Part shown: piece by piece, positions 20,151-29,452 of the stretch
Position numbering within the stretch: the stretch's first letter is position 1
Layout of the letters: each line of letters starts with the position of its first letter
DNA from: Pseudomonadota bacterium
GTDB taxonomy: Bacteria > Pseudomonadota > Gammaproteobacteria > Burkholderiales > Methylophilaceae
Reading direction: 5' to 3'
Assembly: GCA_039800585.1 (NCBI GenBank)
Contig: JBDLQN010000002.1
Location: 1 to 39,099, forward strand
Length of the DNA: 39,099 bases
Notes under the pieces: generated by a model
What the model saw: the letters and a program-made list of their open reading frames with translations, nothing else
The model's database searches: none
What the model was told of the DNA's origin: nothing
Translations under genes and position numbers: made by a program

Positions 20151-20953
20151 GCGCCCTAACCTTTACACTTAAAAAAGATCTGGCCCAAAGGCTAGATGTC
20201 GGGCCTTTGCGCCCTGACACACTCACCGAGAAAAGCGCAAATGAGATTGCTGCCACCCTGCTTTGGTATGGCAAACAGCAAATCCGTGTCGATGGAGCTT
20301 TTGATATTACTGGTGATGATGCAAACAACATCGCCTTTAAAAACAGCAGCGACAAATTAGACTATATCGGTAGTCAAATGAAATCAGGCAGCATAAGCAT
20401 TGAAGGTAATGCTGGCAACTACCTTGGTTTTCAGATGCACAATGGCGACATCACCCTAAACGGTAACGCATTAGACTTTGCTGCTAGCGGCATGGTTAAA
20501 GGTACACTCACTATCAACGGCAATGTAGGTGACTTTTTAGGTGGCGCGATTATCGGTGAACGCAAAGGCATGCGTGGCGGCCTAGTGATTGTTAAAGGTA
20601 ATGCGGGCGACCGGGTGGGTGACCAAATGCGTCGCGGGATTATTTTGATTGAAGGTAATGTAGGCCATTACTGCGCTAGCCGGATGCTCGCTGGCACGAT
20701 AGGGGTACTCGGCAACGTTGGCGAGTACATCGGCTTCGGTATGCGTCGAGGCACTTTGCTACTCACACAAACACCTAAGCTACATGCCACGATAGAGGAT
20801 TGCGGCACGCACACCCTACCATTCTTGAGTCTGATGTTTAAGGCGTTTCAAGATTTACCAACGCGCTTTGCACAAATCAAACAAAACCGCGTTCAGCGTT
20901 ATGCGGGCGATTTAGGCAATAATGGCAGAGGCGAGATTTTGGTATTTAAGTAA
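20147..20953 (+). CDS. fhcC: Fhc subunit C (FwdC homologue, GXGXG beta-helix)
   Basis: Repeated GNAG/GxxMxxG units and MRRG motifs; coupled to fhcD by an ATGA overlap. Confidence 0.94.
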   Translation: MSALTFTLKKDLAQRLDVGPLRPDTLTEKSANEIAATLLWYGKQQIRVDGAFDITGDDANNIAFKNSSDKLDYIGSQMKSGSISIEGNAGNYLGFQMHNGDITLNGNALDFAASGMVKGTLTINGNVGDFLGGAIIGERKGMRGGLVIVKGNAGDRVGDQMRRGIILIEGNVGHYCASRMLAGTIGVLGNVGEYIGFGMRRGTLLLTQTPKLHATIEDCGTHTLPFLSLMFKAFQDLPTRFAQIKQNRVQRYAGDLGNNGRGEILVFK

Positions 20954-20965
20954 TTCACCACACCC

Positions 20966-20998
20966 AACAAAAAGGGTGCTTAATGCGCCCTTTTTGTT
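20966..20998. terminator. Bidirectional terminator between fhcC and yigZ
   Basis: AACAAAAAGGGTGC-TTAAT-GCGCCCTTTTTGTT. Confidence 0.85.
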
Positions 20999-21557
20999 AT
21001 CCAAATCTTTTTAAGATGGCATCCACACTAGCTTCAGGAATACTTACTAAAACAGTCACCCCATCCCCAAAGGCCTTGTCTAGCAATACGCCGTCTATCT
21101 TGGCAATTTCGCGACTAAAGAAATCTAACTCTTTGTAATCCAGCTTAAGTTTAAGCTGTTTCATTTCGACATAAGGCACAATACTGGCATTATCAATCGC
21201 CAATTTTGCTGTGCCGCCATAAGCACGTGCCAAGCCACCTGTGCCGAGATTAATGCCGCCGTAATAGCGAATCACACCAACACAGACATTAATTAAATCT
21301 CGGCCTTCTAGAAACTGGAGGATAGGTTTGCCTGCCGTACCTGATGGCTCCCCAGCATCACTAAATCGCTGGACAATGCCTTGCTCGGTTTTAAGACGAA
21401 AGGCATAAGCTAAGTGGCTAGCATTTTGATGTTGACTGGCGAGTTTGCGCAAAGACATTGCCACCGCCCGCTCATCTTCGCAGTATTCAGCGACGGAGAT
21501 AAAACGGGATTTGTTAACGGTGTAATCGGCGGCGCCCGCCTTGAGAATTTTTAACAA
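20997..21557 (-). CDS. yigZ: IMPACT/YigZ family protein
   Basis: KSRFI, ASHLAYAFR, SDAGEPSGTAGKP, RYYGGINLGTGGLARAY. Confidence 0.9.
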   Translation of the reverse strand: MLKILKAGAADYTVNKSRFISVAEYCEDERAVAMSLRKLASQHQNASHLAYAFRLKTEQGIVQRFSDAGEPSGTAGKPILQFLEGRDLINVCVGVIRYYGGINLGTGGLARAYGGTAKLAIDNASIVPYVEMKQLKLKLDYKELDFFSREIAKIDGVLLDKAFGDGVTVLVSIPEASVDAILKRFG

Positions 21558-21575
21558 GACAACCTACACTTAAAT

Positions 21576-22067
21576 CTAAATATCGCCTTTACGGGCTTTT
21601 TCAATAATCTTAATCAGTGTTTCTTCAAGTTCTTTTGCGGCTTTTTGCGCGCGTGGCGTTGGGTTCTTAATGCTCTTTAAATCGTAGGTAGGTCGATCAA
21701 TCGCCAAGTAAAGTTGCCCTTTTTGTTCATAAAGCCCAATACGGCAAGGCGCAAATACAACAAACTCGGGGTGATCTAAAAAAATCTCTGTGCCCATACT
21801 CAGGTTACAGAAAGCGCGAACCTCTAATACCCCTTCAATAGGCTGACCGCGCTGCTTAATATGATCGCCAATCGGAAAATTAGCTGGATTCACAAAGTTC
21901 ATGCCTTCTGAAATGACTTTAAGGCTTGTCACCACATCATCATAAGTCACACCAGGCTCAACAGGGACGCGATAAATCGCACTACTAGTATCTATGGGTG
22001 GCATAGGCACAGCAGCACAAGCATTTAAGCTTACAAAAACCATCAGAATTGAAAGTATTGTTTTCAT
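21576..22067 (-). CDS. Exported DUF302-like protein
   Basis: Signal peptide (MKTILSILMVFVSLNACA); FCN...FAPCRIGLYE pattern typical of DUF302. Confidence 0.7.
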   Translation of the reverse strand: MKTILSILMVFVSLNACAAVPMPPIDTSSAIYRVPVEPGVTYDDVVTSLKVISEGMNFVNPANFPIGDHIKQRGQPIEGVLEVRAFCNLSMGTEIFLDHPEFVVFAPCRIGLYEQKGQLYLAIDRPTYDLKSIKNPTPRAQKAAKELEETLIKIIEKARKGDI

Positions 22068-22198
22068 GCATAGAACCAGAAACTAAGAAGCACGTAGCTA
22101 TTATGACACTGAAGCCAACCAAGCAGCCAGCATGAAGAAATAAAACTAGAAACTCAATGTGAAATTCAGAAAAAATGAGCAGGCCAAAAATATAGACG

Positions 22199-22228
22199 TA
22201 AAAAAACCGACTAACGTCGGTTTTTTTA
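22199..22228 (-). terminator. Intrinsic terminator after typA
   Basis: TAAAAAAACCGAC-TAAC-GTCGGTTTTTTTA. Confidence 0.85.
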
Positions 22229-22247
22229 TTGTTACTTAACGATCTAA

Positions 22248-24056
22248 TTACTCTTTAGCTGCGCGCTTACGTTCATGCTCAAGCAAGTGACGTTTGCGGA
22301 TACGAATCGTTTTAGGCGTTAATTCAACCAATTCATCATCGTCAATAAACTCAACAGCTGATTCAAGCGTCAACTGTACAGGAGGTACTAAGCGAACCGC
22401 TTCATCAGTACCCGATGCACGCACATTGGTTAATTGCTTACCTTTTACAGGGTTTACAATCAAATCATTGTCGCGGCTATGAATGCCAATAATCATGCCT
22501 TCGTACAGCTTATCGCCTGGCACTGAGAACATACGACCACGATCTTGTAGCTTCCACAAAGCATAAGCTACCGCCTCACCATGTTCAGCAGAAATCAACA
22601 CACCATTACGACGACCTGGCATATCCGCTTTTACAGGTGCATATTCATCAAAAATATGGGCCATCAAACCTGTACCACGCGTCATGGTCAGGAATTCACT
22701 TTGGAAACCAATCAAACCACGCGCTGGAATCTTGTATTCCAAACGGGTACGGCCATTACCATCTGATTCCATATTTTGTAGCTCACCACGACGACGACCT
22801 AACTCCTCCATCACCGAACCTTGGGTATCATCTTCCAAGTCCACAGTCAGAATTTCGTATGGTTCACATTTTTCGCCATCAATCTCACGGAACACCACAC
22901 GTGGCTTACCTACCGCCATTTCAAAACCTTCACGGCGCATGTTTTCCAAAAGAATCGTCAAGTGCAATTCGCCACGACCTGATACACGGAATACGTCCGC
23001 ATCCGCAGTATCTTCAACACGCAAAGCCACGTTTACTAAAAGCTCTTTTGTCAGACGATCACGAATTTGACGGCTAGTCACAAACTTACCCTCTGTACCC
23101 GCTAACGGTGAAGTGTTCACCATAAAGTCCATGGTCAAGGTAGGCTCATCCACAGCCAACACTGGCAAGCCTTGAGGTTGGTCTTTATCGGCGATTGTTA
23201 CGCCAATACCAATATCTTCAAGGCCAGAAATAATCACGATATCGCCCGCTTCAGCACCTTGAACCTCTACACGCTCAAGACCTTTGAAACCAAGTACCTG
23301 ATTGATACGACCAGAACCCACTTGCTGATCGCCATTCATAATGGCCACGGATTGACCAGGTTTGATACGGCCATTCCAAATACGACCTACGCCCAAACGG
23401 CCAGTATAAGTAGAGTAATCAAGCGCTGATACTTGCATTTGTAATGGCGCATTGCTATCACCTTTTGGCGCATGCACATGGCTCAAAATGGTTTCAAACA
23501 AAGGACGCATCGTATCTGAAGGCTTGCTCATATCCAATGTTGCAAAACCATTCAAGGCAGAAGCGTAAACCACAGGGAAGTCTAATTGCTCGTCAGTGGC
23601 GCCCAAGTTAGCGAACAAATCAAAAGTTTGGTTAATCACCCAATCCGTGCGTGAGCCTGGACGGTCAACCTTGTTAATCACCACAATAGGCTTCAAACCA
23701 AGTGCCAAGGCTTTTTTAGTCACAAAGCGCGTTTGTGGCATTGGACCTTCAACTGCGTCCACCAATAACACCACGCCATCCACCATGCCTAATACGCGCT
23801 CCACCTCGCCACCGAAGTCAGCGTGGCCTGGGGTGTCCACAATATTAATGTGCGTACCTTCGTAATTTACTGCGGTATTTTTCGCAAGAATGGTAATGCC
23901 GCGTTCTTTTTCAATATCGCCTGAGTCCATCACACGTTCATTCACCGCTTGGTGAGCAGCAAAAGTACCCGCTTGTTGTAACAGCTTGTCCACCAAGGTT
24001 GTTTTGCCGTGGTCAACGTGAGCGATAATCGCGATATTGCGTAGATTTCTAGACAT
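22248..24056 (-). CDS. typA: Translational GTPase TypA/BipA
   Basis: [40 protein letters not shown]. Confidence 0.98.
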   Translation of the reverse strand: MSRNLRNIAIIAHVDHGKTTLVDKLLQQAGTFAAHQAVNERVMDSGDIEKERGITILAKNTAVNYEGTHINIVDTPGHADFGGEVERVLGMVDGVVLLVDAVEGPMPQTRFVTKKALALGLKPIVVINKVDRPGSRTDWVINQTFDLFANLGATDEQLDFPVVYASALNGFATLDMSKPSDTMRPLFETILSHVHAPKGDSNAPLQMQVSALDYSTYTGRLGVGRIWNGRIKPGQSVAIMNGDQQVGSGRINQVLGFKGLERVEVQGAEAGDIVIISGLEDIGIGVTIADKDQPQGLPVLAVDEPTLTMDFMVNTSPLAGTEGKFVTSRQIRDRLTKELLVNVALRVEDTADADVFRVSGRGELHLTILLENMRREGFEMAVGKPRVVFREIDGEKCEPYEILTVDLEDDTQGSVMEELGRRRGELQNMESDGNGRTRLEYKIPARGLIGFQSEFLTMTRGTGLMAHIFDEYAPVKADMPGRRNGVLISAEHGEAVAYALWKLQDRGRMFSVPGDKLYEGMIIGIHSRDNDLIVNPVKGKQLTNVRASGTDEAVRLVPPVQLTLESAVEFIDDDELVELTPKTIRIRKRHLLEHERKRAAKE

Positions 24057-24101
24057 AAGATTCCGTGGCTTTTTAAAAAAGCCGTCAATTAAAAGGGCGC
24101 G

Positions 24102-24110
24102 ATTTTAACA
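24102..24110 (-). promoter_or_regulatory. Candidate extended -10 element for typA with a GC-rich discriminator
   Basis: Minus strand reads TGTTAAAAT-CGCGCCC. Confidence 0.5.
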
Positions 24111-24172
24111 CAATCCGCCGAAAACCCGCCTAATAAATAGCCTGCTTTTACAGTCCATTAACAATATAAGCT

Positions 24173-24206
24173 TTGACATCAGTGTAGCAATCTATATACT
24201 GCGGGC
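24173..24206 (+). promoter_or_regulatory. Sigma70 promoter of the DEAD-box helicase pair
   Basis: TTGACA (24173-24178), 16-nt spacer, TATACT (24195-24200), then GCGGGC discriminator. Confidence 0.7.
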
Positions 24207-24459
24207 TTCGGTAAGGTCATTAAACCAACAAAAAATGAAAGTTTAATGAACGTACCTGGAAAAATATCATCGCCCTAGCCCTTCAAAGCCCGTCGAAATT
24301 TTGTGGCTTTCTTGTATGTAATTCTGGTTAGTGGCTATGCCCGTGCGCCAGTAAAAACATACTAAACTCATGATTTAATCTGTTGTGACTTTTAGTGTAT
24401 TGCGCTGTTTAACACAGCGCCTTCTTGCGCCCTTTTTGAATTTTATTTAAGGGAACACC

Positions 24460-26052
24460 ATGTCGACAGACAACGCAGTAACAACTAATTTTGACCAATT
24501 AAATTTACATCCTTCGATTCTTCGCGCCGTGCAAGAATCAGGTTACACACAAGCTACGCCTATTCAAGCCCAGGCCATTCCTGAAGTAATGGCAGGCCAC
24601 GATTTAATGGCTTCAGCACAAACAGGTACAGGTAAAACCGCTGCTTTTACGCTACCAGCGCTCAACTTACTGGCTACGCCACATCCAGTTAAAAGTCGCG
24701 GTCCTCGCGTATTGGTATTAGTGCCAACACGTGAATTAGCAGCCCAAGTCAATGATGCAGCACGTAAATACGGCAAATTCATTCGCGCCCGCACAGTCAG
24801 CATCGTGGGTGGCATGCCTTATCCGCTGCAAAACAAACTACTTTCACAACCGATTGATATCTTGGTGGCAACACCAGGTCGTTTGATTGACCACATGGAA
24901 CGTGGCCGTATTGATATGTCACGCTTGCAAATGTTGGTATTGGACGAAGCCGACCGTATGTTGGATATGGGTTTTATGCCAGATATCGAGCATATTTGCG
25001 CTGCTTTACCAGCCGAACGCCAAAACTTGTTGTTCTCTGCAACCTTTGACCCAAGCATCGTTCGTGTTGCGCAAGAGATTTTGCACAACCCGAAACGCAT
25101 TGAGATTGCTGCACAAACGCAAAAACACGAAAACATTGAGCAACGTTTGCACTATGTAGATGACATGTCACACAAAAACAAATTGCTTGAGCATTTGCTG
25201 ATTGACCCTGAAGTGAATCAAACCATCATTTTCACTTCAACTAAACGTCATGCTGACGTATTGGCTGATGACTTATACGCAGCAGGCCACAGAACAGCTG
25301 CTTTGCACGGCGATATGACACAAGGTGCACGTAACCGCACTTTAACCAAACTACGTCATGGCGACATTAAAGTGCTTGTGGCAACTGACGTTGCAGCACG
25401 CGGTATCGACGTTGCAGGTATTTCACATGTAATTAACTACGACTTACCTAAACAGGCAGAAGATTACGTACACCGTATTGGCCGTACTGGCCGCGCAGGC
25501 AACACAGGTATCGCAATCTCATTTGCCTCAAACGCAGATCGATTCCAAGTGCGCAAAATTGAGCAATTCACAGGCCAACGTTTAGAGCCTTCAGTGATTG
25601 CTGGTTTGGAACCAAAACGTGCAGCGCCTCGTAATGAAGGTGCGCCACGCGGCGGTCGTCCAGGTGGTCGCAACAACTCAAACAAACGCCCTTATGCGGA
25701 TCGCAACCAACGCTCACATGGTGCTCGCTCAGATCGTGGCGACAGAGATTTCGGCCGTGAACATCGTTTTGGCGGTCAGCCAAGCCAGCCAGAAAATAAC
25801 ACTGGCTTTAAATCACGCAGCAACGATAGCAACCGTGATAGCAACAGACCTCAACGTGGTCAATTTGCTGATGGTAACCGCGAAGGCAATCGAAACGGCA
25901 ATCGCCCAGCACGCCAAGATGATCATCGCGGCAACAAATTTGGTTTTGGCGCACGCCCTCAGAATGGCGACAATCGCCGTCAAGAAGGTGGGCAACACGA
26001 AGGTCGTCGCCAATCAGAGCACGGTCAACGTCGTTCTCGCCATTACGCTTAA
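24460..26052 (+). CDS. DEAD-box RNA helicase with a long Arg/Gly/Asn-rich C-terminal tail
   Basis: Q motif, AQTGTGKT, PTRELA, DEAD, SAT, HRIGRTGRAG; about 150-aa low-complexity tail. Confidence 0.95.
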   Translation: MSTDNAVTTNFDQLNLHPSILRAVQESGYTQATPIQAQAIPEVMAGHDLMASAQTGTGKTAAFTLPALNLLATPHPVKSRGPRVLVLVPTRELAAQVNDAARKYGKFIRARTVSIVGGMPYPLQNKLLSQPIDILVATPGRLIDHMERGRIDMSRLQMLVLDEADRMLDMGFMPDIEHICAALPAERQNLLFSATFDPSIVRVAQEILHNPKRIEIAAQTQKHENIEQRLHYVDDMSHKNKLLEHLLIDPEVNQTIIFTSTKRHADVLADDLYAAGHRTAALHGDMTQGARNRTLTKLRHGDIKVLVATDVAARGIDVAGISHVINYDLPKQAEDYVHRIGRTGRAGNTGIAISFASNADRFQVRKIEQFTGQRLEPSVIAGLEPKRAAPRNEGAPRGGRPGGRNNSNKRPYADRNQRSHGARSDRGDRDFGREHRFGGQPSQPENNTGFKSRSNDSNRDSNRPQRGQFADGNREGNRNGNRPARQDDHRGNKFGFGARPQNGDNRRQEGGQHEGRRQSEHGQRRSRHYA

Positions 26053-26070
26053 TTCTATTAGAATGACGCC

Positions 26071-27393
26071 GTGACTACAGAAACAATTACTTTTGCCTCA
26101 CTCAAACTAGCGCCCGAAATTCTCAAGGCGCTAGAAGAGTCTGGCTACCAAACACCAACACCTATCCAAGCACAGGCTATTCCTGAGGCTTTGCTAGGCC
26201 GTGACTTAATGGCAGGCGCACAGACTGGTACGGGCAAAACAGCAGCATTCTCGCTGCCGATGCTGCAAAATTTATTGCCGCAAGCCAACGCCAGCGCGTC
26301 ACCAGCCAAACACCCGATTCGAGCACTTATTCTGGTTCCAACACGTGAGTTGGCCATTCAAGTGCAAGAGAGCATTCAAATTTATGCAAAACACACTAAT
26401 TTGCGCTCTTTAGTGGTTTATGGCGGCGTCGATATTAAAACGCAAACTCCTGCCCTTATGCGGGGCGTGGAGATTTTAGTGGCAACCCCAGGCCGATTAC
26501 TTGACCATGTTGAACAACGCACACTCTCATTAAGCCAAGTACAAATGCTAGTGCTCGATGAAGCAGACCGTATGTTAGACATGGGTTTTATGCCCGACCT
26601 GAAACGTATCTTGGCGCTTTTACCTAAGCAACGCCAAAACTTGATGTTCTCAGCCACTTTCTCGGATGAAATCAAAAAGCTTTCTGAAGCGTTTTTAAAC
26701 AATCCACTGCTAATAGAAGTTGCGCGCAGTAACGCCACCAACGAAAACGTCACACAAAAAGTGTACTTGGTGGATCAAGACAACAAACACGGCTTGCTAT
26801 CCAAGCTATTAACCGAAAACAGCACAAAACAAGTGATTGTTTTTACCAAAACTAAGCTAACAGCCAGTCGTTTAGCACGACAGCTTGTACGTGAAGGTAT
26901 TGCGGCCGATGCAATTCATGGCGACAAGAGCCAATCGGAGCGTATTCAAGCGTTGGAAGCTTTTAAACAAGGCAAAGTCGTGGCCTTAATCGCCACTGAC
27001 GTCGCCGCGCGTGGCCTAGATATCGACCAGCTCCCTATGGTCATCAACTATGAAATCCCAAGTGCGCCAGAAGATTACGTGCATCGCATTGGTCGTACTG
27101 GCCGAGCAGGTGCCTTAGGTGAAGCAATTTCTTTAGTTGCGCCAGACGAAGAAAAGTATTTGGCCGAAATTGAAAAGCTTATTAAACGCGAAATTCCTAA
27201 AGAAAAGTCTGGCAAAAGCGTTTACTCAAAACCGCTGTCAAAAAAACCAAACTCAAGCGCAGATCCATGGTTTGATAAGCCATATGAACCAAGCGGCACC
27301 ACAGTAGCGCCCAAGCCTGTAAAACCTATTGCTAGAACTGGCGCACCAAAACGAGAAGTGGCTGCTTTATTAGGTGGACTCCCTCGCAAATAG
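26071..27393 (+). CDS. DEAD-box RNA helicase, RhlE-like
   Basis: All DEAD-box motifs present; GTG start; C-terminal DPWFDKPYEP segment. Confidence 0.93.
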   Translation: MTTETITFASLKLAPEILKALEESGYQTPTPIQAQAIPEALLGRDLMAGAQTGTGKTAAFSLPMLQNLLPQANASASPAKHPIRALILVPTRELAIQVQESIQIYAKHTNLRSLVVYGGVDIKTQTPALMRGVEILVATPGRLLDHVEQRTLSLSQVQMLVLDEADRMLDMGFMPDLKRILALLPKQRQNLMFSATFSDEIKKLSEAFLNNPLLIEVARSNATNENVTQKVYLVDQDNKHGLLSKLLTENSTKQVIVFTKTKLTASRLARQLVREGIAADAIHGDKSQSERIQALEAFKQGKVVALIATDVAARGLDIDQLPMVINYEIPSAPEDYVHRIGRTGRAGALGEAISLVAPDEEKYLAEIEKLIKREIPKEKSGKSVYSKPLSKKPNSSADPWFDKPYEPSGTTVAPKPVKPIARTGAPKREVAALLGGLPRK

Positions 27394-27406
27394 TCTCAAT
27401 TGCACA

Positions 27407-27441
27407 CAATAAAAAAGGCGCTTAATGCGCCTTTTTTATTG
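27407..27441. terminator. Bidirectional terminator between the second helicase and the S49 peptidase
   Basis: CAATAAAAAAGGCGC-TTAAT-GCGCCTTTTTTATTG, a perfect 15-bp inverted repeat. Confidence 0.9.
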
Positions 27442-27458
27442 ATCCCTGAAACACCTCG

Positions 27459-28403
27459 CTATTTCAGACTGAGCCCTTTAAAAAGACTGCTAGAGAAAGA
27501 GGCACCAAACTTTTTAGCGACACGATCCGCCAAGCCCTCTTGGGTCGTAAAGTCTACGATATTTTCTTGCTTAATCACTTCACGAGCCACGTAATCAGAG
27601 CTTCCCAAAGCATCTGCTAAGCCCATCTTAATGCCCGCTTCACCACTCCAAAATAAGCCACTAAAGGTTTCTGGGGTTTCACGTAGACGATCACCTCGAC
27701 CCTCACGCACCACTGCAATAAATTGCTGATGCACTTCATTCAACATGTTCTGCGCTAGCGCTTTGTGTTTAGGGTTGACCGGTGAGAATGGATCTAACAT
27801 CGCCTTATTTTCACCCGCTGTCATCAAACGACGCTCAACACCCACTTTGTTCATGATGCCAGTAAAGCCAAAACCATCCATCAACACGCCTATTGAGCCA
27901 ATAATGCTAGCCTTATCCACATAAATTTTGTCAGCGGCTACGGCAATGTAATAACCCCCTGAGGCACAAATATCTTCAACCACAGCGTACACAGGAATTT
28001 TTGGATGCAATTTGCGTTCACGACGAATTTCATCGTTAATGATGCCCGCTTGGACAGGACTGCCGCCTGGGCTATTGATACGCAAAATAATGCCTTTAGT
28101 GTGTTTGTTATCGTAAGCATCATGCAGGCTACTAATGACTGAGTCGGCGGTGACGTCAGCCCCCACGCCGATTTCACCCTGAATATCAATGAGCGCCGTG
28201 TGATCTTCTGAACTATGCGTACTACCTGCCCCTATCCAATTCAGCATATAAAACAACAACATGAACAAATATACAAAGGCCAGCGTTCTGAAAAACACAC
28301 GCCAAAAACGATTACGTCTTTGCTCTTTTACCCAAGCAAAGGCTAACTTTTCTAATAACTCGCGTTCCCAATTAGGTTTTTTTGGTTTTAGCTCTTCAGA
28401 CAT
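27459..28403 (-). CDS. S49 family peptidase (SppA-like)
   Basis: N-terminal transmembrane segment, LRINSPGGS, ASGGYY, GSIGV. Confidence 0.92.
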   Translation of the reverse strand: MSEELKPKKPNWERELLEKLAFAWVKEQRRNRFWRVFFRTLAFVYLFMLLFYMLNWIGAGSTHSSEDHTALIDIQGEIGVGADVTADSVISSLHDAYDNKHTKGIILRINSPGGSPVQAGIINDEIRRERKLHPKIPVYAVVEDICASGGYYIAVAADKIYVDKASIIGSIGVLMDGFGFTGIMNKVGVERRLMTAGENKAMLDPFSPVNPKHKALAQNMLNEVHQQFIAVVREGRGDRLRETPETFSGLFWSGEAGIKMGLADALGSSDYVAREVIKQENIVDFTTQEGLADRVAKKFGASFSSSLFKGLSLK

Positions 28404-28445
28404 CACGTTCTCTTTAAAATAAATAAAATTTGGTTATATGAAAGG

Positions 28446-28793
28446 CTATATAAAATCGAGGTCGATTTCGATATTACCATTTTGCTCATATACAGCAATC
28501 GGCCTTAATCGCTTTCCCACACAAGGACCTAGGACACAAAGACCTGTCCGAGGTTCATAATGTGCGCCATGCGTGGCACAAATTAAGTAGTCTTTAGTTG
28601 AGTTGAAAAAATCACCTTGGTTCCAATCCAGCTCAACAGGCACATGCGCACATTGATTCACATAAGCATGCGCCTTACCTACCGACCTCACCAAAAACCC
28701 CGTCACATGCTCGCCCAACTCAGGCAAGGCGAAACGAATACCAAGGCCTTCACTTAATAAATCTTCGCTCTTGCAAATCCAGCGTTTTGCCAT
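28446..28793 (-). CDS. Rieske [2Fe-2S] ferredoxin-like protein
   Basis: NQCAH...ICATHGAHY Rieske ligands; ATG at 28793 just after the HAD stop. Confidence 0.9.
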   Translation of the reverse strand: MAKRWICKSEDLLSEGLGIRFALPELGEHVTGFLVRSVGKAHAYVNQCAHVPVELDWNQGDFFNSTKDYLICATHGAHYEPRTGLCVLGPCVGKRLRPIAVYEQNGNIEIDLDFI

Positions 28794-28795
28794 CT

Positions 28796-29452
28796 TTAAG
28801 CATTCGCTTTTAGCCAATGCCCCAGTTTCTCAAACTGATCAAAATGGGCCACTGGTGCATGTGGCAACAATCGCTCTAATGGGTGCGCGCCAAATGTAAC
28901 ACCCACGCTGGACACATTGGCATTTTGCGCCATCTGTAAATCAAAGCTGGTATCGCCCACCATTAAAGTACGTTGCGGTGTTGCTGCCACTTCATCCATC
29001 AACTCCAAAATCATTTGCGGGTGCGGCTTAGAGTGGCATTCGTCGACACAACGAGTCGCCACAAAGTGATGTTCAATGCCACTTCGGGCTAAGGCGCGAT
29101 TTAAGCCTCTGCGGCCTTTGCCTGTCGCAACGCCAAGCGCAACGCCTTTTTCTGCTAAATGAGCAACAACCTCAGCGGCACCATCAAAAAGCGGAATATC
29201 GTTTTCGCCTTCACCGTAATAATAGGTGTAACGCGCCGTGATGTTAGCCAATACGTCATCAGGGATTTGCCCAAAAAGGGCATAACATGCTTCTCTAAAA
29301 CCCAATCCGATAATGCCGCTCGCTGCCTCTTGGCTAGGAACAGGCAAACCGACATCTTGGCTGCCTTGGCAAATCGAATCCACTATCAATTGGGTGGAGT
29401 TGGCCAAAGTGCCGTCCCAATCAAAAACAATTAAATCGTAATTATTCTGCAT
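28796..29452 (-). CDS. HAD-IA family hydrolase (phosphoglycolate phosphatase-like)
   Basis: FDWDGTL, ATGK, SKPHP, MVGDT..D. Confidence 0.9.
   Translation of the reverse strand: MQNNYDLIVFDWDGTLANSTQLIVDSICQGSQDVGLPVPSQEAASGIIGLGFREACYALFGQIPDDVLANITARYTYYYGEGENDIPLFDGAAEVVAHLAEKGVALGVATGKGRRGLNRALARSGIEHHFVATRCVDECHSKPHPQMILELMDEVAATPQRTLMVGDTSFDLQMAQNANVSSVGVTFGAHPLERLLPHAPVAHFDQFEKLGHWLKANA

Noticed and set aside
16228-20953. Methanogen-type formylmethanofuran dehydrogenase (CO2 reduction)
   Set aside because: BADC order with ftr, no FwdD or polyferredoxin subunits, and no metal-ligand Cys in subunit B all indicate the bacterial Fhc complex.
24067-24083. GGCTTTTT-A-AAAAAGCC palindrome before typA as an operator
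   Set aside because: Mostly A/T homopolymer with no second copy noticed; it could be a leader hairpin but the evidence is insufficient.
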